Shown: positions 49,382-62,659 of the stretch, in pieces | Position numbering within the stretch: the first letter of the stretch is position 1 | Layout: each line of letters starts with the position of its first letter | Source: Marsupella aquatica | Taxonomy: Eukaryota; Plantae; Marchantiophyta | Assembly: GCA_973895155.1 (NCBI GenBank) | Contig: OZ316891.1 | Location: forward strand, 26,405,972-26,469,971 | Direction of reading: 5' to 3' | Length of the DNA stretch: 64,000 nt | Position numbers and translations under genes: made by a program | Notes under the pieces: generated by a model | Told to the model about the DNA's origin: nothing | Databases searched by the model: none | What the model saw: the letters and a program-made list of their open reading frames with translations, nothing else

Positions 49382-52300
49382 TACAGCTAAATTCTTGTGG
49401 ACGCCTACTGCCGATAAACTCGATGATCTTCTGTTTTGTGAGGACAGAATAGTCGGCATCCGGGAGGCCATCAACCACTGCAACGACATACACTGGGAGT
49501 TGAAGGGTAGCACGGAGGGGTGGACAAAGGCAACCATGCTAGGAGAAACATCCACGGCAGCCGCTATGATGAAGAAAGGGAACAACAACGAAGAAGCCAC
49601 CCCTACAAAAAGAACGAGGTCGGCGGGACCCAGGAAACCAGCAGAGCAAAGAAGCAGGAGGCAGGCGGAAGCCAAAGAGGAGGAGGTCAACCCCGTCAAT
49701 GCCGTTCCAACAAGAGATGACACCTGGAAAGGCTGGGTGGCGATCCTCCCCGAAGAGGTCCAATTACACTTTGCACGGGAAGAGGATGCATGCTTTACGG
49801 CTATGCAGACTCGGAAATACCAGGGCTTCATGGCCGGATCCGGCTTGGAAAGGCACAGGTCTATCTGGCGGAGAGGCCAGACCCAAGTCGAGACTACAAC
49901 GGGTACCTCCTCACCCAACTAAAGAAGATCTTGAAGGAGGAATAGCTGGTGATCGGCATGGGAAGCGTGTCCCGACTTGGTTATCATATGCCGCTATTGT
50001 GCCGGTATGCCCGAAGTCAGATATTCGCCCCGGTACTGCCCCTGCAGGCAAGAGCACCAGAGGAGGTTATGGAACCGAGGCCGGCAATAGAGAAACCAAC
50101 CCAGCCCGACAGTCCTACAATCGAGCAGGTGTTTAGGCCAAGGAAGGAGGACTTGCTGATGCAGCAACCAGGCATGCAGAATCTGCTAAAATTGATGGAG
50201 AAGGAAAGAAGAACAGCAAGGGCAACGGGACCGGTATAGAATACTCCTAAAGCCAACTTACCAAGGAAAACCCCTTTACCGGGGTCAAGGAGAGAAGGAG
50301 GCCGGAACACAAGCCGGGAGTCCGAATGTATGTAGGAGCTTCAAGTCCCGAAGCCGAGGAAAAGCAGCCCGAAGCTCCTGGTCACGACTGGGAGAAGATG
50401 AAATCAACGTGGAAGCCTGAGGAACCAGGACCCGTGATCTGTGAGGCCGTGTTCACGGCAAGACCAGGATAGCAGCCGGGAGAGCCGGTAGTCCAAGCCG
50501 AGGAGGAGGCGGTAGAAGGCTACGACAATGATGACTCTGGCTACGGGTCGGACCATCATGTTCCAGGAATAAGGACCTGTGGCAGGTTCATCCCCACTCT
50601 TCCAAGAGTAGTTTGAGGGGACCCGACCCAGCAGAGCAGCCCCAAGTCTCCCCCACCAGATGTCGCTCCCCCGAGCTTTGACGGCATAAAATAGACGGCT
50701 CAGGAATTTCAGGAATGACTAAGGGAGGAAGAAGAGGCAGCCCTGGCCAGGGAGAAAGATTTACCAGGAGGAGAATGGCCAGAGGACATCAGGCGGCTTG
50801 CAGAAAAACAAAGCAGCCCTCCAGCCACGATAGAAGAAATTCGCAAGGCGGCTTGGGAACAAAGGCCGCGGTGGATGATGCCGATGACTTCTACTCACTC
50901 TGCCTATGCTAAAGAACGATCCATGGAGTACGGGAAGATGTGTGGGGAACTTGCGCTCGACATCTTTGGGGAGGAGTTGGAGCAGGGACCCTTTTTCCAG
51001 AGGGAAATGTTGGAGAAGCGCCGATTAGAAGAAGCGGTGGCTTTCGAGAGAAGCAAGAAGGATGAGGTCATCCGTCGGCTTAGGGCAAGGGAAGCCAAGG
51101 TAGAAGACCTAAAGGCGGCCAAGAAAGCCCAAGATGAGTTGCGGATCAAGCGGCATGAGCTCAACATCATGCAGGGGCAATTGGATACAGCGCAGTCTGA
51201 TAATCAGATTATCAAGGATAAACTGACTCGGACCCAAGGTGAGCTGGCCGATTCAATCAAGGAGAAGGAGAAGTGGAAGCAAGAGCTAAGAGACGCAAAG
51301 GAGGCCCACATAGCAGCCAACAATCGGGCCATGGCGGAAACTCAGAGAAGGGAAAGGGCGCTGAAGGGGGAACTCAAGGATATCCGTGGAGCCCTTGAGC
51401 AGAAGGAAGCCGAGTTAGGAAAATCCTATCAGGCGATCATTGTGCTACGGCAGGAGCTCGCATCCATGACAACCAGCTTCAAGGCCGACCTCCGTGAGAA
51501 AGATGATTAGCTCGACCAGACTTATGCCAAGATGAATAAAATGGAGTCTGAGGTCGTTACGAAGCTTGACAAGGAGCTGAGAGCAACCCAGGAGGAGAGG
51601 GCTACCTTAAAGAAGGAATTGGAGGAAGCCTAGAAGGAGCAGGAGGAGGCGCGCAAGGACCTGGATGAATTGCAGGAGGAGTTGGAGGAAAGCACGCGGA
51701 AGATGGAGAACTTACAGCGACAAACCGACAACCAAATGGAGCGGCTAAAGAAACAAGCCGCAATATTTAAGTGCTTGGCTTTCTCAGGTCCAACTCCAAT
51801 TGGGGCAACCAAGTTGCCAGGAGTAGTACTGGCCGAAGGACAAGCCGAGATACTCGCACCGGTGCCGGAGGTAAGTGGCAAGGGGAAGGGGCCAGCTGCC
51901 AAACCAAAGAAGAAGAAGAAGCGGAAACCTTCTAGGTCAGGGAGTAATACGGCTCCTCAAGCCGTCATGACCAAGGAGGTAAACCCAGCACCAACCTCAG
52001 GCAGGGTCACGGCAGAGGATCCAACTGCCCTAGAAGGCAGGGATGGCAAAGCCGAGGCCAGGATACTTGGTGATGAAACCAGGATACCGGATCCACCACT
52101 AGAGCATGCCAGGGAGGCCGTGGCCGATGCTGAGGCCGAAGCCGAGGGTGGACCCAGTCAGGCCGATGGAGAGTTGACTCAGTCCGGAGCAGGTAATCTG
52201 TCAGAGGACGGACCTACGGTAGTGGCTGCGGAGGAAGTGTTGGGGGCGTCCATTGAGGACCAGACATCGTTGCCATGACGGTGGTGGAGGGCCACTCCTT

Positions 52301-53158
52301 TTAAGGAGGGCAGACGTGGAGGGAGGAGGCGTGAGTGGGCAGGGCGGGCTCAGATCTCCAAGTTTAGAATTAGGATCAGGACCAAGGGGCGGCCCTGACA
52401 CTTAGCTTAGTGAGATTGCGGATCCACTGGTAAGAGCAACACTTGTGCTCCTGCCTCGATGTACATAGGTAGATTACAGTTAGGTAGATTAGGCTTACGC
52501 TACAAGGAATTAGGCGGATCCACTACCAGGATAAGTACCTGGGCAGCGGGGAGTTCAGGGCCTTCTTCCTTAGCAAGTTTTTAGTGCACCAGCAGGGCTG
52601 GAATCAAGTAGTTAAAGAAGCTCTCGGTTAGTTATACTGTGACCCTTGTGTATATTCATGTTTCCTCATACCTAAGAGATGAATAGAGTTGGCCTCACGG
52701 CTTAGTAGATCTTGTATATGAGAAGTACTGTTTGTATGGCAAGTGCATGGTATAACTCAGTCAGAAGGAGTCATTTTGCTATTTGTGTGTCGCATTAACC
52801 TGTTTGAAGATTGCCCACATCAACCAAGAAGGGAGTAAGCAAGGTAGTAAGAGTTGGATGTGTCGAGCTGAGAGAGGTCTTAGCGGCTTACCCAAGCCAG
52901 TTGGGGAACATACCTAAAGGAAAACCGAGAGAGGAGGACAAGGGAAGGCCTAGAATAGGCCGGCTACGTATCTCATGACCCGATGAAGGATCTGTCCAGT
53001 ATATGTGAGTAAAATGTTAATAGTAATAGTAGTAGAAGGAAGTTAACAGCGTCCCATGCCGCTAAGCCGCAAAATCGGCCTCGCCAAGAGTGAAACCTGC
53101 GGGAATCGGCTTGTGCAGAGGGGTTTCTTGGGTTTAGGGAGCCATGGGATGCACCACA
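49382..53158 (+). repeat. 3' LTR of the tRNA-Asn gypsy (5' end lost)
   Basis: Repeats 36521-37656 except for a ~340 bp deletion; ends GCACCACA plus TSD. Confidence 0.85.
49395..52278 (+). pseudogene. LTR-encoded accessory ORF, with long C-terminal coiled coil and basic NLS-like stretch
   Basis: Colinear + strand fragments; E/K/L-rich heptads 50875-51760; KPKKKKKRK. Confidence 0.7.
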
Positions 53159-54755
53159 CCTTTTGGTGGAGGGCATTACCGGATAGGTGTATTGGATACT
53201 GGTGAAGCAATGTAGTAGGCATGTGGCTTATCTTGAGTGTGCGTTGCACAACACTCCAACGCTTTTGTCATGCGGACTTGTGCCTTCTCCAGTAATAACT
53301 GTGTATCTAGGGAATACTCTATCTTGGTAGCAATAGCGATAGTAGTATCATGAGCCACCAATGGAACTTGATCTGGTCTATAATCTCTAGAGTCAAAAAT
53401 ATAATCCATGGTGTCCCAGGTGTGTGACACAGACGGGTACTCTACCTCATACATGGATGGACTCGGGACCAACTCCGCCATATTGGCCTCTTTGAACACT
53501 GTGTGTGACGGTGGGATTATTTGTCGGCCATGCAATGTCAATGGGATAATTCCCATTTGGTGCCCGCCAATCTCCCAATCAGGCCTGTAATAGGCAATCT
53601 CCATCCAGTTGTCGATCATGATATCTGGCGGGAATAGTACTTCTTGGCCAAGCAGTAGATTATATAGTGTAGCCTTGGTCACAAGGCAGCACATGTGAAT
53701 GGTCAACGCGGTGCTGGACTTGGGATTGAAACAAATTTGCATCGGCTTGGAGGTTTCCACCAATCTGTCTCCACTGCACCGCTGGCCAGTCTGATGTTCC
53801 ACTTTGTTGGTCGTAAGGCATCGCTAGTGATACCTAGAGATTCGGCAAAGTGCTGACTGATGATGGCAGGTTGTGCCCCAGTGTCAAGGATGACAATCCT
53901 GGGTGTGGCCCCTTGAATAGTAACGGCAGATTGTCGATTATCAACCATTACTATTCCAACCTTTGACACTGCATGTTGGTTAGGCTCAACAAAAGGCAGA
54001 TCCTGAGTGAGCATGTGGATATGCTAGGACCGATCAGTTGTCACCAAAGAACGAGGTACAAGTAGTGTATCCACTAATGATGGTGGTGGAAGTTACGTGG
54101 CTGTGACTTCACTGGGAAACTAGACAGCTTCTGCCAATGCCGCTGGTGTGGTGACAGCAGTGTCAGTAGGTGAGACAATTAGGCCAGGCCCACCTTGTGC
54201 TGATAGTGTTCCTGCACCTTGGAGCAATGCTATGATCCTCTGTGGTGTAATTCCCATCGCTTCACAAGAAAATAGTGGGGTCTGCATCAACCGCTTGGTG
54301 AACTCTGCTTCTGAAAGTGCGAGCCTCTTGTTGAAAACTTGGCTAGCGTCCAGCCTAGATGCTGAGGCAATAGGTGGCACACTCACAGTGGGTATTCCTG
54401 ACGGCGTGGGCAGCACTATAGTTGGTTGACTCCCCTCATTGGTGTCCAGGGGCAACTACCGATGATTGTTAGAAATGATGTCGTGTTCTTCTTCCATGGA
54501 CATCTGACGGAAACTGCGAGGCATAGAGCTTCTTGGCTATGCTTCTCTGGGGGTAGTGTAGTAGTGGCAGTCTGGTTGTCTCCTGCAGCCTTATCCCGTG
54601 CGGATCTAGTGACTACATACCCATTCAAGTCATAAGGTAACGAGGTGCTTGGGTTGCTACCTCCAGTTGATGGTGAAGGAGCCTTCTACAAAGCCTGTAC
54701 CAACAATGCAGACATCTGATTGTCAAAAGCTTCAAATAGCTCTGCCGTGAGAGCG
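53159..54755 (-). pseudogene. gag C-terminus and aspartic protease of the DNMT gypsy
   Basis: IVILDTGAQPAIIS and YNLLLGQEVL; reads on into PPPKGITFVELFGG once the 35976-53158 insertion is removed. Confidence 0.85.
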
Positions 54756-55088
54756 TGTGACACGGGTAACGTGTCACTTGACCGAACCCAGGTCGTAGAT
54801 TAGGACTTATACGGTCATTAGGACCGTAGCCATAGCGTAGAATAGCACGTATAGCCGTCAAGTTGCCATTATGATTAGATTAGGAGTAGGTTAAGATAAC
54901 CAAATAATTACGAGTTCAGGAAAGGGATTATTACGCACGACCGAGGTACGGTGGCGGCAGCGGAGTAAAAATCAGTTAGAAGAATCACGCTTGGACCGAG
55001 GCGCCGACTTCAGCTCGTTATCAATGACCAAACGGCCTGACCTTCTCACGCTCGGGCTCGTCCTGGCACCCCCATAAGAGAGGAGCCG

Positions 55089-55952
55089 ATGGCACTACGG
55101 GCCATTTGCTCATGTTTACCTTTTTGGGATTTGCGGATGCTGCCATCCGCTCGCCTTTTTGATTGAATCCAGTCGACCTTTACGAGGAGATTATCGAGGG
55201 GGAAGAGCGGAATGTGGCGAGATTCAGTCAGGACGAGCGAGGCCTCCGCGAAAAAGGACCAGCCAGGTGGAAACGCGGACGCAACGAACCGGACTACGAG
55301 GTTAGTATGACCCTCACAGCCTTGGGATTTTGGACCTTGTTTGGCGAGGTAGGTGCTAAGTTCTCCGAGACTTACTGGTACTCTTGCCCCGAGAAAGCCG
55401 CTTACGAACGAAGGTATGCGAAGCTGGTAACCAAGGTAGCACTGGTTAATTGCGAAAGGACAGCCATCACCAGGGATTCTAGCTACAACGAGCTGCGAGA
55501 CTACATCACCAAACTATATCTCAGCGAGGAAGGGCTTAGAGGCGATTCTTGAGGTTCCAGCTAAGTTCTTTAAGCTGAAGGGCAACCAGCGGCTTACTCA
55601 AGCGGAGTTCAACAAGATTCCGGGGTACCTAGACCAGCAGATCGCAGCCGAAAAGCGCCAAGAAGACATCAGCAGACAACGGGAAGCGGCGCGTAATCTC
55701 ACGTTCCTTGGGGAAAGCTCCAACGCCTTCAACTGGGATATGGCTACCCCAGTGCCTCAACCGATGACCACCGGAGTACCGCCGAACCAGTCCCAAGTCC
55801 GTCCAGTAATCAACACAGAGTGTTCTTTGGGTTCCGAGTGAGCTAGTCCGCAACTCGAACAGCGTCCTCGTAAGCGGTCAAGGACTACGACGGCCCCCGA
55901 ATCAACACGGACCGACGCCGCGCCTGCACCTGCCCTGGCAAACCCCCCGACC
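55089..55952 (+). pseudogene. N-terminal part of accessory ORF of the 54756 element
   Basis: ORF fragments including 55163-55552; continues at 62660 after the copia. Confidence 0.5.
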
Positions 55953-56284
55953 TGTTAAGGATTGCTCTTAGTCTTGTGACTCATAGGTTACGGCACTTAG
56001 GCTAACCACAGTTAGGATCTTAGCTGAGGTTAGATTAGTCGTGTGTGACCTTGTATATACTAGGGCTAGTGTAAGCCGTTGGAGGGTGGTGCTTACTCAT
56101 TGTAACAGAACAACAAGAGGAAGAGAGAGAGCATGTGTGTTCGTCTACTCTTGAAGTAAAGCTTGAGTGTTCGTGTGGACGTAGCCTTGGAGAAGAGGTG
56201 AACCACGTAGAGATTGTGTCGACTACGTGTGCATGGAATGAGTCATGGTTGTATGGTCGTTGCGAATGACGTCTTAGTTCAACA
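55953..56284 (+). repeat. 5' LTR of copia-2
   Basis: TGTTAAGG...TTCAACA. Confidence 0.97.
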
Positions 56285-56286
56285 AT

Positions 56287-56298
56287 TGGTATCAGAGC
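56287..56298 (+). promoter_or_regulatory. Primer binding site, tRNA-iMet
   Basis: TGGTATCAGAGC. Confidence 0.95.
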
Positions 56299-57155
56299 AA
56301 GCCTGGGAGGTGACGTTGAGGTGATCAAAATTTTCGTGACGTGTTGGTGACAGTTTTTCCAGCGGTTAGAGTTGGTGGATTTCACGGAGATCTATCGCAT
56401 GGAACTTGGAGGTGTTGGGCTCAACGGATAGATCGGGGCAAGGGCTTTCCGACGGTGCAAAGAAATCTCTGAACGAAGTTTGTGGTGCGGAGGAATTGAC
56501 ATTTCCGTCGTTCTGGATTTTTTGTGATTCGTGTTCGACGGTTTTCTTCGACGGTTCTTTTTGGGGGGAACTGAGATTGTTTTCCCGACGATGTGAGCTT
56601 TGTGGTGCACGAGACGTCACAACCTTTAGCTCAAATCGTAGATCGGGCAAAGCTGATCATTTCGGTAGCTGGTTTGCTATCGAGGGTGTAGTGAGTGCGA
56701 TGTACCAAGCAAAAGAGCCGTTCTGAGTTTCTGACTGGCTATGGAGTCTTCTTTTGACTGAAGCGGGGTTTCTAGTCGTTGCGTTCGACTCAAAGGAAGA
56801 AACGGGAAGTGCAACGGCTGAACGGAGAGATCGCGGTGCAGTGGTCGTTTTGAGTCCAAGATTGACACTTGACGTGGAGTGAAGGAGTCATGACGGGAAT
56901 TTTTTACTCTGCTAGAGTTGCAAACGGTGCCGGTGCAATTCGGTAACATTTCCCGTCGACAACTAGTCTTTATCTGGTGTAAAGTGATAACGGCAGTGTG
57001 AGTAACCCAACAATTTTTATTTTTTATTTTTTGTGCACATTTTGCCTTAGAATAGGGCCTTTTTGGTGGTGTGTATACACACCCTCCCGACCCTTGCACC
57101 CCTGTCAATACCCCGTTGGCGACCCCCTCCTCCTCCTCGCTAATACTCCCATCGC

Positions 57156-57327
57156 GGACGTCCCGGCCGTCCCAGACGTCACGGCCGGTGCGAACGTTGC
57201 GGCCGTCCTGGACGTCGCAGCCGGCGCGGACGTCGCAGCCGGCACGGACGTCCCAGCCATCCCGGCCGTCCCAGACGTGACGGCCGGCGCGGACTTCGCG
57301 GCTGTCCCGGACGTCCTGGTCGTCGCA
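57156..57327 (+). repeat. GC-rich 18-bp (2x9) tandem repeat in the copia-2 leader
   Basis: GGACGTCGCAGCCGGCGC and variants, about 9 copies. Confidence 0.85.
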
Positions 57328-58010
57328 GCTCCATCCCTGCCCATTTTGACTCGGTTTTTGACTCCCCGACCCCCTGTGCACTGCCTGCGCCTTTTTTAAG
57401 ACAATATTTTTGTGTTCTTAAACCCCCTTAGGCCCGGTTTTTTAATCCTTTCCAGGCTCCTCATTGGTTAAGCGGCATCTCGGGCCCGGTGACCCACCAA
57501 ATTAATCGCTTAGACAGGGGGAACGGCCCCCTGTGAGACCTGTTTCACAGTCCAAGGAATATTCCAAAAAAACAGAGAGCTGTTTTTCGGCCTTTAGTCG
57601 AAGATTCCAAGGTCCGAACGGTAACTTTTTCGGATCTTTTTTGGCGAGAACGTAGCCACTGAAGCTAGCAACGTGGTGCACCACTCGATTTCCATTCTCG
57701 ACGACGGGTGGTACTTGGATATTTTCTTATTCCCCGAGGTGGTCAAAACGGGAGAGAATTTTTGAGTTTTACCCACCCCGACCGAAATATGAAAAAGTTT
57801 TTCGTCGGAACTCGGTTTCGATTTCGGATTTCAGCGTTGGCTTGCTAGGTTGGTGGGCTAAGTGGCAGTGACAAGTTTCAAGGTTTCTGGAAAGTTGCGA
57901 AAAACGACATTTTTTCGTGATTTGGATTTGAGTCAACGCGAAGGAAGGAAGGAAAAAGCATATAGGGAGCAGCACAGCAATAGCACGTGGAGAACGTTGG
58001 GAGGACAACG

Positions 58011-61000
58011 ATGGCATCCAAGTTTGGAGGTGTCAAGTTTGAGGTGGAAAAATATGATGGGCGCACAGATTATTTGCTATGGGAGAAGCAGGTTAAGGGA
58101 ATTCTTCGTGCTATGGGCCTAGATCATCTGCTATCGACTCGGGAGGAGTCTAGCAGTGAGGAGGAGATCCCGTTGAGGAAATGGAGGCAAGAGCAAGTGA
58201 TTGCTGTGAATGCGGTTATGCTGTATCTGAAGCCGCATATCATTAAGAAGCTGGACGACTACGAGGATTGCGTATCCTTATTCAAGGCCCTCAGAGAGAA
58301 GTACTACCGAGAGGATGCCTCAGATCGGTTGTACAAGAAGTCTCTCTTGATGAGCTTGAGACTAAAAGAAGGAGGCAAGCTTCGAGATCACTTGGATGAA
58401 TTCGACAGCCTAGCTGTAGATTTATCAAATCTTGGCAAGGGAGTGGAAGATGAAGATAAGGCATTGCTTCTTCTCAGTTCCTTACCCCCATCATATCAAG
58501 GTTTGAAGCAGGTTCTCTTGTATAGAGATCTCAAAACCATTTCATATGATGAGGTGGTAAGCTCTTTGTTGTCAGATGATGCACAGAAGAAACTGGGTCA
58601 TGCCCAGACACCATCTTCATCTGGTAGTGCATTGAATGTGAACCGCGGGAGGACTCAACAGCGGATGACTGGTGAAAACAGGTCCTTTTCACAAACGTAC
58701 CACTCACGGAATAGAGGCAAGGAGAAGGCTCGGTCTAAGTCTAGATCCAGGTCTAGAGAGAAATCTCTAGAAAGGAAACCAATTATATGCTGGAAATGTA
58801 ACAAGCCTGGCCACATGAAACGAGACTGTCGAGTCAAGCAGACTCATCAACCATCAGCGAACGCAGCCACTGATGTTGATATGATTGACTTGCTTGATGA
58901 TGAAATCTTGTGAAGTCCAGATGTTGCCCTTTGCATTTCATCCAGTAACAACGGTGATGAATGGATTTTAGACTGTGCCTGTACCTATCATATTTGTTGT
59001 ATGAAAGAGTTTTTTAGTTCTTACTCAGTATCAACCGGTTGCGTGTTGATGGGGAATGATCATCCTTGTCAAATTATTGGAATTGGATTCGTGAAAATTC
59101 GGATGTTTGATGGAGCTGTGCGAACAGTGAGTAATGTCAGACACATACCTGACATGAAAAAGAACTTGATTTCTCTTGGAATGCTGGAAGCAAATGGATG
59201 TCGGTGGAGTTCTGCTGATGGTATTCTTCAAGTGTCAACCGGAGGCAAGGTTGTCATGAAGGGTAAGCGGCACAGGAATCTATACCTGTTGGAGGGCAAC
59301 ATGATTTGTGAAGAAGCCAATGTAACTAGATCTCAATGCGAGATGACTCAGTTGTGGCACTGCAGATTGGGACACATGAGTGAAAAGGGTTTGGCGGTAC
59401 TTCGCAGGCAAGGACTTCTTTCTAATTTGGAATCTACTAAGCTAGATTTTTGTGAACACTGTGTGCTTGGGAAGCAGCACAGGAGAACCTTTGGTGTTGG
59501 AACTCACAATACCAAAGCTATACTTGAGTATGTACATAGTGATGTGTGGGGTCCAGCCCCAACTCCCTCACTTTCTGGAAAATTGTACTATGTCACGTTC
59601 ATTGATGATTACTCACGGTATGTGTGGATCACATTTCTACACGCCAAGTCTGAAGTTTTTGGCACTTTTAAGAAGTGGAAAGCCCAAATTGAGAATCAGA
59701 CTGGCTCCAAGGTGAGATATCTGCGATCAGATAACGGCGGGGAGTATAGTTCAAGTGAATTTGAACTATATTGTGCAGAGCAAGGGATTACTCGTCATCT
59801 CATGACAGTTTATACTCCTCAACAGAATGGTGTTTGTGAGCGGCTAAACCGAACACTATTGGAGCGATCAAGGAGTATGTTGAGCCAATCAGGTTTACCG
59901 CATGAATTTTGGGCTGAAGCTATAAATACCACAGCTTATTTGGTAAATCTTTCTCCTTCAATCAATTTCAAGACGCCATTTGAAATGAGGTATGGACGGC
60001 ACGCAGACTATCAGGTTTTGAGAGTCTTTGGAAGTGATGCATATGCTCTCACACCTAAGCAGAATCGATCTAAACTAGATTCTACTTCCAAGAAGTGTCT
60101 TTTTCTTGGTTATCAACCAGGTGTGAAAGGTTACAGGCTATGGGATCCAGAAGCTTGTATGTTGCTTGTCAGTAGAGATGTATCCTTTAATGAATCCAGA
60201 TCATCAAAGGAGGGGGAGAATGCTCAGGCTTCCCGTACTGACAAAGGTAAATCTCCTATCCTTGACCATGTTGTGGGGGAGATTGGTCATGAGAGTTTTC
60301 ATGACATAAATGAAGGAGGTGCTCCGAGAATGGAGCTGGTTCCGGTAATGGAACAAGAGGAGCAGGCTATTGATGGAATACCTCAAATTCAACCAACAGA
60401 ACAAGATCAACCAGAATCATCAGCTAGAAAATCGAGACGTACTACTCGAGCTCCTACAAGGTATGGACAATGGACAGATTCATCAAGGTTAGATGATGTT
60501 GACATTGCACCTGATGATGATGACAGAGCACTGATCTTGGAAGAAGGAGAACCTTCTTCTTATCATGAGGCGTGCATTTCAGACGAGAAAGATGAATGGA
60601 ATGCAGCGATGCAGAGGGAGTTGCAATCTTTAAGTTACAATAGAACATGGGAGCTGGTGCAGCTGCCAAGTGATCAACAAGTGGTGGATAGCAAGTGGAT
60701 TTACAAGCTGAAGGACAACTCTTCAGATGGAGGAGACAAGATATACAAGGCAAGGCTTGTTGCCAAGGGATTCACTCAAGAGAAGGGAGTGGATTACAAT
60801 GAGGTCTTCTCTCTAGTTGCCAAGTATTCCACGATATGAATTTTGTGTCAACTTGTTGTGTTTTTTGATCTGGTGTTAGATCAAATGGATGTTGTTACTG
60901 CTTTTCTCTATGGCACCTTGGAGGAACAAATTTTCATGAGGCAACCACTGGGCTTTGTGAAGAAGGGCCAAGAGAGTTTAGTTTGCAGGTTACTTAAGTC

Positions 61001-62135
61001 CTTGTATGGATTGAAGCAAGCTCCTCGGCAGTGGAACAAGCGGTTCGATGATTTCATGCTTGCACAAGGATTCACTAGGATGGTGTATGACCCTTGTGTG
61101 TATACGAAATCAGTCAAGAATGGTGTGTTTGGTTTGCTCATTCTGGTGCTCTATGTGGATGACATGTTGATTGTGGCTAAGGATCAAACTGAGGTTGACA
61201 AACTCAAATCAAAATTGAGTTCTGAATTCCGAATGAAGGATCTTGGGAAAGCCAAGAGGATCTTAGGTATGGAGATTATGAGGAACTTTGAAACTGGACA
61301 GTTGTGGTTGAATCAAGGCAAGTATGCTGAAAAGGTACTTGCAAGATTCAACATGGAAAATTGTAAGCCAGTAAGTATTCCTTTGGCTCCACATTTCAAG
61401 TTATCATCGGCTTTCTGCCCCACGGATCCAGTGGAGAGAGGTTTGATGACTAAGGTTCCATATGAGAAGGCAGTGGGCAGTCTAATGTATTTGATGACAT
61501 GTACCAGGCCTGATCTAGCCCTAGCAATGGGCAAAGTGAGTAGATTCATGTCAAATCCAGGGAAGGTACATTGGGAGGCTGTGAAATGGATTCTCAGGTA
61601 TCTTAAGGGCACAATAGACTATGGTCTATTGTTTGATAGTAGATCAAACAAAACCAAATCTTTGGTTGGCTATGTAGATTCTGACTACGGAGGCTGTCTG
61701 GAAACAAGGAGGTCAACGACTGGGTATGTGTTTACTCTTGGAAGAGGATGCATAAGTTGGAGATCTACCTTGCAGAAGTGTGTATCTCAGTCTACTACAG
61801 AAGCAGAATATGTTGCAGCAGCAGAAGCAGCAAAGGAAGCAATTTGGTTGGATAAGCTGGTCACTGAGATGGGATTGGAGCATGGAAAAATGACTCTTCA
61901 TTATGACAGCCAAAGTGCGCTTCACCTAGCTATTAACCAGGTTATGGATAGCAGGGTGAAACACATTGACATCAGGTACCATTTTATTAGGCAAGCAGTG
62001 TCTGATAAAATGTTTGAGCTAGTCAAGATTGATGGAAAGCTCAACCCGGCTGATGCTTTTACCAAAGTGATTCCTTTGGAGAGTTACTCAAGACACCGTG
62101 CTACTTTGCAAGTTTTGCATTTGCAGCACAAGTAG
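58011..62135 (+). CDS. copia-2 gag-pol in a single frame with two in-frame TGA stops (58911, 60837)
   Basis: VEKYDG, CWKCNKPGHMKRDC, WILDCACTYH, LWHCRLGH, RSDNGGEY, YKARLVAKGF, LYVDDML, YVDSDY, KHIDIRYHF. Confidence 0.95.
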
Positions 62136-62327
62136 AGTAACTTAACAATATGTAATTTCTGTATATGGGTTACTCAATCCTGTTATGGCTACGGCTACCC
62201 TTAGTTAACCTTAAATGGTTTTTAGGGGGACACCTATGGTTTTAGGTGATTGTCTAGAATTTCCCGCTGAGTATCTCATATGGATAGCAGAAATTGCAGT
62301 CCCCAAGACTAGAGTCAAGGGGGAGTT

Positions 62328-62659
62328 TGTTAAGGATTGCTCTTAGTCTTGTGACTCATAGGTTACGGCACTTAGGCTAACCACAGTTAGGATCTTAGCT
62401 GAGGTTAGATTAGTCGTGTGTGACCTTGTATATACTAGGGCTAGTGTAAGCCGCTGGAGGGTGGTGCTTACTCATTATAACAGAACAACAGGAGGAAGAG
62501 AGAGAGCATGTGTGTTCGTCTACTCTTGAAGTAAAGCTTGAGTGTTCGTGTGGACGTAGCCTTGGAGAAGAGGTGAACCACGTAGAGATTGTGTCGACTA
62601 CGTGTGCATGGAATGAGTCATGGTTGTATGGTCGTTGCGAATGACGTCTTAGTTCAACA
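62328..62659 (+). repeat. 3' LTR of copia-2
   Basis: Copy of 55953-56284. Confidence 0.97.

Larger units (their letters stand above)
35976..53158 (+). mobile_element. Ty3/gypsy element (non-chromovirus-like), tRNA-Asn primed, with very long ORF-containing LTRs
   Basis: Termini TGTGATGC...GCACCACA; TSD CCTTT at 35971-35975 and 53159-53163; gag-PR-RT-RH-INT between the repeats. Confidence 0.92.
14346..54755 (-). mobile_element. Ty3/gypsy element encoding PR-DNMT-RT-RH-INT-PHD, split by nested insertions; 5' end lies outside the window
   Basis: Segments 54755-53159, 35975-33552 and 16996-14346 join in frame after removing insertions bounded by TSDs CCTTT and TTA (PPPK|GITFVELFGGLA; RPYLYG|KKFVLFTDHQPL). 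Confidence 0.9.
55953..62659 (+). mobile_element. Ty1/copia LTR retrotransposon (copia-2), full length, young
   Basis: 332-bp LTRs with 3 differences by eye; TSD CGACC at 55948-55952 and 62660-62664; PBS; PPT AAGGGGGAG at 62317-62325. Confidence 0.98.

Noticed and set aside
56677-57399. Repetitive ORFs of 234, 133 and 79 aa
   Set aside because: Products of a stop-free GC-rich minisatellite in the copia leader
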